IMG/VR virus record: IMGVR_UViG_3300008262_003210 | From: a virus | Lineage: Duplodnaviria; Caudoviricetes | Strand: one strand, 5' to 3' | DNA: 64,000 nucleotides | Part shown: positions 39,285 to 48,761 of the stretch, piece by piece | How positions within the stretch are numbered: position 1 is the stretch's first letter | Layout: every line of letters begins with the position of its first letter | Notes under the pieces: model-generated | What the model was told of the DNA's origin: nothing | Database searches by the model: none | The model's input: only the letters and a program-made list of their open reading frames with translations | Position numbers and translations under genes: made by a program

Positions 39285-39647
39285 ATGGCAACAAATTTAC
39301 CAGCCGAACAAAGCACAACTGTGGATGTAAGACAATTCTTTGATAAGTTTTATACAAATCAAATTACATTTCCTAGCAATCAAATTGATGCCGTAGTTGG
39401 TTTCTTTGAGAAACACGGATTTGATGTTGAGAGTGCTAGAAGTACTAGTATTGTTTTACTCAATCAGGCCCGTGAAGATAATGTAAACGTGTTTCAACTG
39501 ATTGATACTCTTAAAACTTTATCAGATGTACAGTTAAGTCAGGTAGTGGCTCAAGTATTAAACACTTACAGAGAAAAAATAAGTGTCTTAGGATATCGCA
39601 TTGCGTCTATTGAAGACGAATACGAAAGTAGAAACATTCTAGTATAA
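39285..39647 (+). CDS. Hypothetical protein (120 aa)
   Basis: Coupled ORF in the structural operon. Confidence 0.6.
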   Translation: MATNLPAEQSTTVDVRQFFDKFYTNQITFPSNQIDAVVGFFEKHGFDVESARSTSIVLLNQAREDNVNVFQLIDTLKTLSDVQLSQVVAQVLNTYREKISVLGYRIASIEDEYESRNILV

Positions 39648-40075
39648 TGGCCAAATTTGCACGTGGAAAATTCAATATGAAACACCCAGAAAAATATGTA
39701 GGGAATAAAAGTCCTACATATAGAAGTTCATGGGAGCATAGTTTTATGAATTTTTGCGATGTAAATGAAAATGTACACAAGTGGGCCAGTGAAGCTATTC
39801 AAATTCCCTATAGAGATCCGTTAACAGGCCGTCAAACGGTATATGTACCCGATTTCTTCATCCAATATATTGATAAGTTTAACAAAACACACATTGAGCT
39901 GATTGAGATTAAGCCAGCTAGTCAAACTATTTTAGAGCGTGTTGGAAAAAACAAATACAATCAAGCACAGTTTGTAAAAAATCAAGCTAAATGGGCCGCG
40001 GCTAATATATGGTGTAGACAACAAGGTATAAAATTCCGCATCATTAACGAAAATGACATGTTTCATCAAGCATAA
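39647..40075 (+). CDS. gp4: Head completion nuclease (T4 gp4-like, TnsA-N fold)
   Basis: YRSSWE..F..FCD......WASE...IPY..P......Y.PDF...LIEIKP. Confidence 0.85.
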   Translation: MAKFARGKFNMKHPEKYVGNKSPTYRSSWEHSFMNFCDVNENVHKWASEAIQIPYRDPLTGRQTVYVPDFFIQYIDKFNKTHIELIEIKPASQTILERVGKNKYNQAQFVKNQAKWAAANIWCRQQGIKFRIINENDMFHQA

Positions 40076-40082
40076 GTAAAGT

Positions 40083-40577
40083 ATGACCAAAAAACTTGAA
40101 GAATTACTAAATCTCCCTGACAGTAAAAAAATAATCAAGGACGAGGAAAAACAACAGGCTAAGATAGAAATAGCCAAAACTCAGCCTTTGCTTAGAGATG
40201 TGTCAGAATTTGATAAAATTGCGGCTGCATTGCCTCAAGTAAAGGGACTGGGTGATGTCAGTGACAGTGAATTCGATGCACTAGCCCAACGTGCTACAGA
40301 TGCCTACGATGATTTGATGGATCTAGGTATGAATGTAGAAGCCCGTTATAGCGGCCGTATTTTTGAAGTTGCGGGCACAATGCTAAAAAATGCTATTGAC
40401 GCAAAAGCTGCCAAAATTGACAAAAAACTTAAAATGATTGAGTTGCAACTTAAAAAACAGAAACTGGATCAAGATGCTGCCGGCGGCGAGGATCACGGTA
40501 TCAACCTAAACGGCGACGGCGTTATCATAACGGATCGCAACAGCCTCATCGAAAAACTTAAAAATATGAATAAATAA
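40083..40577 (+). CDS. Possible terminase small subunit (helical, 164 aa)
   Basis: Helical EVAGTMLKNAIDAK...KLK segment; C-terminal ITDRNSLIEKL; position in the packaging region. Weak assignment. Confidence 0.4.
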   Translation: MTKKLEELLNLPDSKKIIKDEEKQQAKIEIAKTQPLLRDVSEFDKIAAALPQVKGLGDVSDSEFDALAQRATDAYDDLMDLGMNVEARYSGRIFEVAGTMLKNAIDAKAAKIDKKLKMIELQLKKQKLDQDAAGGEDHGINLNGDGVIITDRNSLIEKLKNMNK

Positions 40578-40594
40578 CATATCAGGATTACAAT

Positions 40595-41218
40595 ATGAGA
40601 TCATTTACAGAATACCTAATGGAAGGCAAGAAAGTTTACGAATTTAAGGTAAAACTTGCCGGTGACTACAAAAACGCTGCAGATGCTATTAAACTAGCAC
40701 TAGCACCTTATAAAGTAGAAAGTTGTTCAGCGGGCAAACGTTTGCCCATAGCAGAAACCCACAGCGATTTCCCCAATCACAAAAATGTAAATGTTACAAT
40801 TTTTGATGTTTGTACAGCTTATCCAACAAACAGCGCAACAGTACGTGCTGCTATTGCTGATAAATGTCGTTGCACATTAGAGAGTGTTAAAGTGCGTACA
40901 CCAATGGAAGAAGCTGAGATTGCTCTTAATCATGCCAATGATGAAAAAAGCGGAGAAGCGTTGTTAGGTAAAGACTATGATGCAACTTCAGAAGGCCAAA
41001 AACTAGTTGGTGAAAAACAAAAAATGAGTTTGTTAAAACAATTAACAAAAGACAAAAAAACGCTTGAGCAATATACAGGTGTTAACGATTCTATCTTAGC
41101 TAAGAGCGCACCTACAAGCGAATCAGCTGCTTCAGATAGCAGTAAAATTAATTCAAAGAGCCCGGTTGGCAGTACGAAAGTTAAAAAGCCAACAGCCAAA
41201 ACTGTTGGAGTAAAATAA
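40595..41218 (+). CDS. Putative internal head/prohead core protein
   Basis: N-terminus MRSFTEYLME resembles the T4 capsid-targeting sequence MKTYQEFIAE; AATAAATA promoter at 40569-40576. Confidence 0.5.
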   Translation: MRSFTEYLMEGKKVYEFKVKLAGDYKNAADAIKLALAPYKVESCSAGKRLPIAETHSDFPNHKNVNVTIFDVCTAYPTNSATVRAAIADKCRCTLESVKVRTPMEEAEIALNHANDEKSGEALLGKDYDATSEGQKLVGEKQKMSLLKQLTKDKKTLEQYTGVNDSILAKSAPTSESAASDSSKINSKSPVGSTKVKKPTAKTVGVK

Positions 41219-41748
41219 TGAACTTTCAAGACTTATTATCAAAATTAAAAACCTTAGACGAATCGGGTCAAGGTGTTATGGCGCCACCAAGCGAGCCAGA
41301 GTTACCTGAATGCGGTGACATGGATGGCGAGCCTAACAAAATGGCCGGCGGTGATTTATTAACTGGTGAATGCGGTACTAGCATGATGCCTATGAGCGCA
41401 CCTAAACAAAGCGATTCAGTAACTATGAACGTTAGCATGAACGGCAGCGGTTCTGGCGGTATCAAAGACCTATTAGACATTCTGAGAAACATTGAAAAAA
41501 GTGGCGGAGATATGCCTGCTGGACACGATGATGACGATGTATTATTTGGCATTGGAAAAGAAGGATTTGACGATGCAACTACTGTGCCCGATCCGCAAGT
41601 AGCAGGTATGGGTGCAGTAATACCCACAGGCGATGATATGTTTAGCAAAGGTAAAGAAGCGCCTAAAGTAAACGGTGGTGGCAATCCAATGCGCGAAGCC
41701 TTAATTGCCAGATTATCAGAAAAATATCAAACAATTAAAGGAAACTAA
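41218..41748 (+). CDS. Acidic low-complexity putative prohead core protein
   Basis: MNFQDLLSKLKTLDE N-terminal helix; Asp/Gly/Met-rich. Confidence 0.45.
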   Translation: MNFQDLLSKLKTLDESGQGVMAPPSEPELPECGDMDGEPNKMAGGDLLTGECGTSMMPMSAPKQSDSVTMNVSMNGSGSGGIKDLLDILRNIEKSGGDMPAGHDDDDVLFGIGKEGFDDATTVPDPQVAGMGAVIPTGDDMFSKGKEAPKVNGGGNPMREALIARLSEKYQTIKGN

Positions 41749-41749
41749 T

Positions 41750-42151
41750 ATGTCTTCACTAGCAGAACAAATTAAAGAACTGCAACTTAAATTGCAGGCA
41801 ATACAAGAAGCAGAGGTAGCTGCGTTTCAACCCACTGGTAGCGATGCAGTAGGGTCAATTGCCAGTACCGATGCGCCGCCCGCACCTGCACCAGTGCCCC
41901 AATCAGCTGGAGAACAGATTCCAACAATAGAAGCACCAACATTTAGCCAAGCATACGCACAGGCTAAAAAACAAGGATTAAAGAAATTTAAATGGTGTGG
42001 TGTGTATGCAGTTAAAGATAAAGTAAGACCGCAACCAGTTCCACCAAGACCAAAACCAAGACCGCCAGAAGCAACACAGGATTTCCAAGTAACAAATCCA
42101 ATGGGCGACTTCGATCCTACAGCGTTCAGCGGACAAGCTGCTGCTCGGTAA
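41750..42151 (+). CDS. Pro-rich protein with the F..A.A.A...G...F.W motif (133 aa)
   Basis: Probable start MSSLAEQ at 41750, right after the previous stop; the track start 41705 overlaps the upstream gene. Confidence 0.55.
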   Translation: MSSLAEQIKELQLKLQAIQEAEVAAFQPTGSDAVGSIASTDAPPAPAPVPQSAGEQIPTIEAPTFSQAYAQAKKQGLKKFKWCGVYAVKDKVRPQPVPPRPKPRPPEATQDFQVTNPMGDFDPTAFSGQAAAR

Positions 42152-42170
42152 TATCTTTGCAGTTATATCA

Positions 42171-42197
42171 AAAGGGGCTCTTTGGAGCCCTTTTTTT
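42171..42197 (+). terminator. Rho-independent terminator
   Basis: GGGCTC-TTTG-GAGCCC followed by T7, with an upstream A-run. Confidence 0.8.
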
Positions 42198-42211
42198 ATG
42201 TAAATAAAGTT

Positions 42212-43804
42212 ATGGCAAAATCACTAGAAGGCGTCTTAATTAAAAAGGCGCATAAACAAGAAAAGTTTACAGAAGCGCAAGTTCAGGACTTGCTAATGTG
42301 TGCCGACCCAGTTGAAGGTTACATGCACTTTGTCACAAACTTTTTTCATATACAGCATCCAACAAAAGGTAAGATAAAATTTGAACCTTTTGAATATCAA
42401 AATAGACTACTACACAGTTATCACGATTATCGTTTTAACATCAACATGATGCCACGTCAAAGTGGTAAGACTACTTGTGCTGCAGGTTACTTGTTATGGT
42501 ATGCTATGTTTCATCCAGATCAAACTATTCTAGTAGCCGCACACAAATATACAGGTGCTCAAGAAATTATGCAACGTATTCGTTACGGATATGAATTGTG
42601 TGCCGATTATGTTCGTTGTGGCGTTACTAGTTACAACAAGGGTTCAATTGAATTTGACAACGGCAGTCGTATTGTAAGTCAAACAACAACAGGGACAACA
42701 GGTCGTGGTATGTCTATATCACTACTATACTGTGATGAGTTTGCGTTTGTACAACCTAATATTGCTGAAGAATTTTGGACTTCAATCAGCCCTACACTAG
42801 CAACTGGTGGTAAGGCTATTATTACATCAACTCCTAACAGCGACGAAGATACCTTTGCAAATATTTGGAAGGAAAGTCAAGATTTATACGACGAGTACGG
42901 CAATACACGAGAAGATGAGATTGGTCGGAATGGCTTTCATGGATTCCGTGCAGAATGGCACGAACACCCAGATCGAGATGAAAACTGGAAAAAAGAGGAA
43001 CTAGGACGTATTGGCGAAGAACGATTCCGTCGTGAATACGGTTGTGAATTCTTGGTTTTTGACGAGACACTAGTAAGCTCGCTAAAATTAATTGATATGG
43101 TGGGACGAGATCCGTTATTCAAGATGGGGCAAGTTAGATGGTATAAAAAACCTATACCAGGAATGCTTTATCTAGTAGCATTAGATCCTTGTTTAGGAAC
43201 AGGTGGCGACTATGCCGGTATACAAGTTTTTGAATTACCCAGCTTTGTACAAGTCGCAGAATGGCAACACAATATCACACCTATACAGGGACAGGTTAAA
43301 ATATTTAGAGACGTACTAAAACATATTTTAGAAGAAGTTGGACAAGACAACAGCAACAGCATTTATTATAGTGTAGAAAATAACACAGTAGGAGAAGCGG
43401 CGCTGGTTGTTATACAAGATCTTGGAGAAGACACATTTCCAGGAATGTTTGTAAGCGAGCCGCAACGAAAGGGTCATGTACGTAAATTCCGTAAAGGATT
43501 TAACACAACGCATTCATCTAAAATTAGTGCCTGCTCAAGACTTAAATATCTAGTTGAAGAAGATAAAATGAAGATTTACAGTAGAACGTTAATCAGTGAA
43601 CTTAAAACATTTATTGCTCAGGGCGTCAGCTTCAAAGCCAAAGACGGACAGCACGACGACCTGGTTTCTGCGCTTCTTTTAGTGGTGCGTATGAGTGTGG
43701 TTCTAGCAGATTGGGATCCTAAGGTGTTCGAGCTTATGAGCGTAAATGACGAATTTAACGATGACTGGGAGCCACCGCTTCCGATATTCGTTTCTGGTTT
43801 GTGA
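42212..43804 (+). CDS. gp17: Terminase large subunit
   Basis: PRQSGKTT Walker A, LLYCDEFAFV Walker B, STPN, ALDP..G.GGDY and HDDLV nuclease motifs; start at 42212 (the track TTG at 42182 lies inside the terminator). Confidence 0.95.
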   Translation: MAKSLEGVLIKKAHKQEKFTEAQVQDLLMCADPVEGYMHFVTNFFHIQHPTKGKIKFEPFEYQNRLLHSYHDYRFNINMMPRQSGKTTCAAGYLLWYAMFHPDQTILVAAHKYTGAQEIMQRIRYGYELCADYVRCGVTSYNKGSIEFDNGSRIVSQTTTGTTGRGMSISLLYCDEFAFVQPNIAEEFWTSISPTLATGGKAIITSTPNSDEDTFANIWKESQDLYDEYGNTREDEIGRNGFHGFRAEWHEHPDRDENWKKEELGRIGEERFRREYGCEFLVFDETLVSSLKLIDMVGRDPLFKMGQVRWYKKPIPGMLYLVALDPCLGTGGDYAGIQVFELPSFVQVAEWQHNITPIQGQVKIFRDVLKHILEEVGQDNSNSIYYSVENNTVGEAALVVIQDLGEDTFPGMFVSEPQRKGHVRKFRKGFNTTHSSKISACSRLKYLVEEDKMKIYSRTLISELKTFIAQGVSFKAKDGQHDDLVSALLLVVRMSVVLADWDPKVFELMSVNDEFNDDWEPPLPIFVSGL

Positions 43805-43814
43805 TAAATATAAC

Positions 43815-46766
43815 ATGGACTCAAATTTAAACAAAATAGCGCAAGATTTGTATGGAAAAATACAAACTCGCTTTAAAGACATTAATATCGGTGACGAAAA
43901 CGCCGAAGTATTGAGCAAAAAGGAAGATATTCCTAGAGCCCGTTTTTTCGAATTTGAATACGAAGAAGACGGCGAATCACTAGGAACTATTGCCATTACG
44001 CTTGATCCTGAAGACGGAATTGTCATGCAAGTAAGTGGCGATTTAGTCGACGACGAAAGCAAAAGTACTAGACACAGAGCTTTTAAATTCATTAGAGGCT
44101 TTAGACAATTTGCTAAAGATAGACTTTTAAATTTTGATGTACAAAATATCGGAAAAAGTAATCTTGATAAAAGAGATTATGAATTTCAGGCCAAACGTAA
44201 GGAAATGCCAATTATGCCCGCAATTATGGAAAATAAACTCTATGGTAATAACAGGGTAAGTTACCAAGATTTAGGTGACACACGTCTTATTATTAAACAC
44301 AGCCAACAAATCAACATGGATTTGCCCGCTGGCAGGACTATGCATATTGAAAGCATTTATATTGAAAATAATCAAGGCGAACGATTTAAATATCCTTATA
44401 GACACATTAATGGTGCTCGCGCTCTTGCAGAGCACATTGGTCATGGCGGAAATCCTTATGATAACATTGGCCGTCATATTTGTGGTTTGAGTGAAGAACT
44501 AGCTGGATTAAGAAAATTTAAAGGGTATGTTAGCCGCCAAGAACAATTGAGCGAAGCAATGTCTTCAGTTACTGAGCGTGTTATTAATCGCATTGAAGAA
44601 ATTAAAGAAACAATCAATAAATTACAAAGAACTTCTTACTATGAAGAATTTGTTGAAAATTTCCAAGAACAAGATGAACAAATGATTCCAGAAGAAGTTC
44701 AAAACGATTTAATTGACCGTTTAACTATTCGTACATTTAATGAAGAATTAAAATCAGTATTTCCATATATCTATAAATTTGTAGACGAAAATGAATTACC
44801 AGTTGTTGAATTAACAGCAGACGATATTCTTGAAGATAACAATGAGAAATGTGACGACTGTGGAGAACCAGTTGCAGATTGCGAATGCCCAGGACACGAA
44901 CATAAAACCGACGAGTCATTTGATATTGAAAAACAGTTTGAGTCTTATATTGACGATTTAGTAAATGAAGATAAAAACGAAATTCTAAGCCCAAACGAAG
45001 GTGCAAAGTCAGCTGCTATTGAAAAATTAAACGATATATTGGCACAAAATTTGCAAGTAGGGCCTAACGGCGACAACGCTGTTATGACGCTAAAGGGTCT
45101 AATCGATCATCCTTCGTTTATCGAAGCAGTCAAATCAGTTCCTGCTGAAACTGACTTAAATGATATTATTCGAGGTTGGATAGAAACAGAACACGAAGAT
45201 TTGTTAGACCAACTTACTTTTCCATCAGACGAAAATGCGTCAGCACCTGAGGCACCGCCAGAACCTGCTCCAGCGGAACCTGCTCCAGCTCCAGCGGAAC
45301 CTGCACCACCAGCGCCAGCAGCCGGAGAAGTTCCTCCTGAATTAGCAGAACCTGCGGCAGATGCCGGGCTTCCAGCAAATCCTGCTCCTCCAGCACCTGT
45401 CGCTGAGGCAAAGAAAGACGACAGTCCTCCTTGGGATGTTGATCCAAAAGATAAAAAATCTAAACCTGTAACTCCAGGAAAGCACGGACAAGGATATAGT
45501 CAAGCACGACATCTTGCACGTCAGGGCATGGCCAATGCAATGAAAAAAGCTAAAGATGCTGGTGCAACTTTAGAAACACAACTTGATTTAGGCGATGGTA
45601 TTAAGACTATTGCTGAAATTATTAAAGATTGTGGAATGAAACCTACAGATTTTGGTTTTGAAACTCCAACAGAAGGCGGCTTAGAAGGAATGTTAAAATT
45701 TGTAAGCGGCTTTTATGATACAAAAACTGGCAAGTTTCCGCTTGGAGCAATGCGTATTAAGATTAAACTAAAGAAAGCATTTGAAGACGGAATGTTTGAC
45801 GGAGCAACAGAAGAAGATCTAATTAAAGTTCTAAAATTTATTGACATGAAGGATCCAGGCGGAGATGAGTCTGATCGAATCATGCAACTAGCTGGAATTG
45901 AAAAAAAAACTGGTAGGACAGGATTTGACGTCGGTGCGTTAGAAGACCAAATGAATCAAATGTCTTTGCAGTTTAATGAATCGCTTAAAGAATATGTGGC
46001 GGTTCAACCTAATACTCAAAATGCAAGCCAAGTACCGTCGGCGGCAGAACCTGCTGCAACAAACACAGCACCAGCTAGTAGTATGATGTCTGGCAGAGAT
46101 ATTATGGGGCGCCCTGTAATGAAAGGCAGTCCAAACGATATTACTAGCAATGGAGCAACTCCTCCAGCACCTGCTCCGGCACCTGCTGATGCGCCACCCG
46201 CACCTGCTCCGGCACCTGCTGATGCGCCACCCGCACCTGCTCCAGCACCTACAGCTCCAAAAAATAGAGATTCTATGACATTTGGTCAAGCATTTGCAGA
46301 TGCTCGTAAATTAGGAGAAAAAACTTTTCCTTGGAGAGGTAAGCAATACGGTACTCAACTAGCATCACAACAATCACGACAAGTTGCTACACAACCTGGC
46401 GAACCTAAAACTGCATATAGAGATCCGGATCAAGGAGGTCAGGGAGGTCAGAACGCTTTATGGTTAAATCAAAAATTTCCTAAGGCACAGCCTGGTCAAG
46501 AATATTGGGTAAAAGGTACTAGATACGAAAAAGGTGCCGATGGATGGTATAGAACTTTTGAAAAGAGTGATTGGTTTGCTAAACCTATCAATCGTCAAGC
46601 TTCTAATTTAGGCTATACTGGACCAACTGACGATGCTTCAATGCAAGCGTGGGTTGCAAAAAATAGACCAAAGCAACAGGTAACTCAAGCAGATATTCCA
46701 ATATATGAAGAGTCCACTGGTTATGACGAAGTTCAACGATTAATTAGTTTAGTACACCATAGATAA
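43815..46766 (+). CDS. Large acidic Pro/Ala-rich virion/core protein (983 aa)
   Basis: Probable start MDSNLNK 4 nt after GATAAATA; globular-looking N-terminal ~330 aa, PAPA linkers, DRIMQLAG motif, accessory C-terminal module. Confidence 0.6.
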   Translation: MDSNLNKIAQDLYGKIQTRFKDINIGDENAEVLSKKEDIPRARFFEFEYEEDGESLGTIAITLDPEDGIVMQVSGDLVDDESKSTRHRAFKFIRGFRQFAKDRLLNFDVQNIGKSNLDKRDYEFQAKRKEMPIMPAIMENKLYGNNRVSYQDLGDTRLIIKHSQQINMDLPAGRTMHIESIYIENNQGERFKYPYRHINGARALAEHIGHGGNPYDNIGRHICGLSEELAGLRKFKGYVSRQEQLSEAMSSVTERVINRIEEIKETINKLQRTSYYEEFVENFQEQDEQMIPEEVQNDLIDRLTIRTFNEELKSVFPYIYKFVDENELPVVELTADDILEDNNEKCDDCGEPVADCECPGHEHKTDESFDIEKQFESYIDDLVNEDKNEILSPNEGAKSAAIEKLNDILAQNLQVGPNGDNAVMTLKGLIDHPSFIEAVKSVPAETDLNDIIRGWIETEHEDLLDQLTFPSDENASAPEAPPEPAPAEPAPAPAEPAPPAPAAGEVPPELAEPAADAGLPANPAPPAPVAEAKKDDSPPWDVDPKDKKSKPVTPGKHGQGYSQARHLARQGMANAMKKAKDAGATLETQLDLGDGIKTIAEIIKDCGMKPTDFGFETPTEGGLEGMLKFVSGFYDTKTGKFPLGAMRIKIKLKKAFEDGMFDGATEEDLIKVLKFIDMKDPGGDESDRIMQLAGIEKKTGRTGFDVGALEDQMNQMSLQFNESLKEYVAVQPNTQNASQVPSAAEPAATNTAPASSMMSGRDIMGRPVMKGSPNDITSNGATPPAPAPAPADAPPAPAPAPADAPPAPAPAPTAPKNRDSMTFGQAFADARKLGEKTFPWRGKQYGTQLASQQSRQVATQPGEPKTAYRDPDQGGQGGQNALWLNQKFPKAQPGQEYWVKGTRYEKGADGWYRTFEKSDWFAKPINRQASNLGYTGPTDDASMQAWVAKNRPKQQVTQADIPIYEESTGYDEVQRLISLVHHR
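46167..46250 (+). repeat. 33-nt in-frame tandem repeat (2.5 copies; APAPAPADAPP)
   Basis: gcacctgctccggcacctgctgatgcgccaccc occurs twice exactly, plus a partial third copy. Confidence 0.9.
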
Positions 46767-46770
46767 CAAT

Positions 46771-47598
46771 ATGGATCTGCTTACAGTAACTTGTAGTCAC
46801 GACAAGTTACAAATGCTGTTACAAGCAGAAAGCATACAAAAATTTTTAAGTCCTTGTACTCACTGGGTTGTAATAGACGACCCAGTAATTTCTATAGAAG
46901 AGTGGTCATCTCTATTATCTCCGTATTATACAAAACACAAGCTAATAATAGTTGATGGATTCAAAATAAATTCTAATTTTAATAATAACAAAGGCGGATG
47001 GGTACGACAACAGTATCATAAATTTGCTGCTTTTGAGTACATTAAAAACGACTACCTAATACTTGACTCAAAGAATTTTTTTATTAAAGAAACTAACATT
47101 GATGAATGGAATTCAACAATAGGCAACGGTTCACAAACAGATTTCTATAATAATCATAACTGGGGTGATACAGTAATAGAATACGCAAAGTATCTTGACG
47201 TTCCTGTAAATTTTCAACATCTATCAATTTTAACTCCTTTTGTTTTTCACAAAAATATTTTAGAAACTATTCCAGATTATCAGAAATTTTTAGATTATTT
47301 TTCTAATCAGTCAGTCATCGAAAGTGAATTTATGCTTTACTCTACACTACTGTACAAACTAGATAAGTTCCCAAAAGAATTTGAAAAAATGCCAAAATTT
47401 TGCCTACTCACCAGTGATTTTAATTTAAAAGCAGATCAGCTGTTACCTTATTTTTTTGATAAAGAACATGTGAAGGTGGCTGGCATACACCGTTCGTTAT
47501 TATATCAGTTCAATTACGAAAACAAAGTATTTCTTTCTAGCTGGCTCAACAAAAAGGGGCTGTTTGTTAATGTTTTTGGTGAAAAAATCCACATTTAG
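46771..47598 (+). CDS. DUF6492-like protein (glycosyltransferase-like)
   Basis: GW.RQQ..KF and YLILDSKNFFI motifs. Confidence 0.55.
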   Translation: MDLLTVTCSHDKLQMLLQAESIQKFLSPCTHWVVIDDPVISIEEWSSLLSPYYTKHKLIIVDGFKINSNFNNNKGGWVRQQYHKFAAFEYIKNDYLILDSKNFFIKETNIDEWNSTIGNGSQTDFYNNHNWGDTVIEYAKYLDVPVNFQHLSILTPFVFHKNILETIPDYQKFLDYFSNQSVIESEFMLYSTLLYKLDKFPKEFEKMPKFCLLTSDFNLKADQLLPYFFDKEHVKVAGIHRSLLYQFNYENKVFLSSWLNKKGLFVNVFGEKIHI

Positions 47599-47619
47599 AG
47601 CAATATTTCTCTTGCTCTG

Positions 47620-47716
47620 CTAAATAAAAACGCATACAATAACACGTATGCGTTTTTTGTTGAAAGGTTTCAACAAATAAAGGCAAATAAAAGCAAAGGC
47701 ATATTAAAGGAGAAAT
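47620..47716 (+). promoter_or_regulatory. SSB-gene leader: late promoter, two hairpins and A-rich tandem repeats
   Basis: CTAAATA at 47620-47626; 12-bp stem 47626-47657; 8-bp stem 47657-47676; CAAATAAAGG-like repeats running into the AAAGGAG RBS. Confidence 0.6.
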
Positions 47717-47719
47717 ATT

Positions 47720-48694
47720 ATGGCAACTTTGGCTGAAATTAGAGCAAAACTTAAGGCATCTGAATCAAAAGGTTCAGGAGAAAGAACAAGCGGAGACAAT
47801 TCAATATATCCGTTTTGGAATCTCAAAGAAGGCGGTGAATCCGTACTTCGTTTCTTACCCGATGGTAACACTGACAACACATTTTTCTGGGTTGAACGTG
47901 CAATGATCAAACTGCCATTCGCTGGCGTCAAGGGTGAATCAGAAAGCAAACCAACTATTGTACAAGTACCATGCATGGAAATGTATGGAGACTCTTGCCC
48001 AATCCTGAATGAAGTTCGCGGTTGGTTCAAGGACCCAGCATTGGAAGATATGGGTCGTAAATACTGGAAAAAGCGTTCATACATTTTCCAAGGCTTCGTT
48101 GCTGAAGATGGTCTGAAAGAAGAAAGTCATCCAGAAAATCCAATTCGCCGATTTATCATCGGCCCACAAATTTTCCAACTGATTCGTTCAGCATTGGTTG
48201 ATCCAGAGTTGGAAGACTTGCCAACAGACTTCGTACACGGACTTGATTTCCGTATGAAGAAAGGTAGCAAGGGCGGATATGCTGACTACTCAACATCAAG
48301 TTGGGCACGTCGTGAGCGTCCATTGAATGACGAAGAACAAGCGGCTGTTAAGCAATACGGCTTGTTTAATCTAAATGATTTCTTACCTAAAAAGCCAACT
48401 GAGATTGAGCTCAAAGTAATGAAAGAAATGTTTGAAGCATCAGTTGACGGCGAACCGTTTGATATGGATCGTTGGGGACAGTACTTTAAACCCGCAGGTA
48501 TGGGTCAATCTACAGGCGACCCAGTTAAGTCTACTCCTAAAGCAGCTGCACCAGCAGCAAGCGATGACTATGATGATGAGCCAGCACCAGTAGCAAAGTC
48601 TACTCCTGCTCCTGCTCCTAAAGCAGAAGAATCAAGCGGCGGTGATAGCCGTGCCCAAGATATCTTGGCAATGATTCGCAATCGTCAGAAGTAA
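47720..48694 (+). CDS. gp32: Single-stranded DNA-binding protein (T4 gp32-like)
   Basis: LRFLPDGN, C.E..GDSCPI, YWKKRSY, G.DF...K..KGGYADY..S, acidic Ala-rich tail; first gene of the recombination cluster. Confidence 0.8.
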   Translation: MATLAEIRAKLKASESKGSGERTSGDNSIYPFWNLKEGGESVLRFLPDGNTDNTFFWVERAMIKLPFAGVKGESESKPTIVQVPCMEMYGDSCPILNEVRGWFKDPALEDMGRKYWKKRSYIFQGFVAEDGLKEESHPENPIRRFIIGPQIFQLIRSALVDPELEDLPTDFVHGLDFRMKKGSKGGYADYSTSSWARRERPLNDEEQAAVKQYGLFNLNDFLPKKPTEIELKVMKEMFEASVDGEPFDMDRWGQYFKPAGMGQSTGDPVKSTPKAAAPAASDDYDDEPAPVAKSTPAPAPKAEESSGGDSRAQDILAMIRNRQK

Positions 48695-48761
48695 TAAACA
48701 CGGCTTGGGCCTCTACAACTTAGTTGTACGCCCAGGTTCTCACACCTATTAGGAGAATAAC

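Noticed and set aside
39647-40075. TnsA-like nuclease as evidence of a Tn7 transposon
   Set aside because: Size, motifs and position match the T4 gp4 head-completion protein; no tnsB/C or transposon ends.
43703-46289. Antisense ORFs in the 983-aa gene (43703-44092, 45939-46289 with CRSRCGW repeats)
   Set aside because: The Cys/Arg repeats are just the reverse complement of the Pro/Ala repeat.
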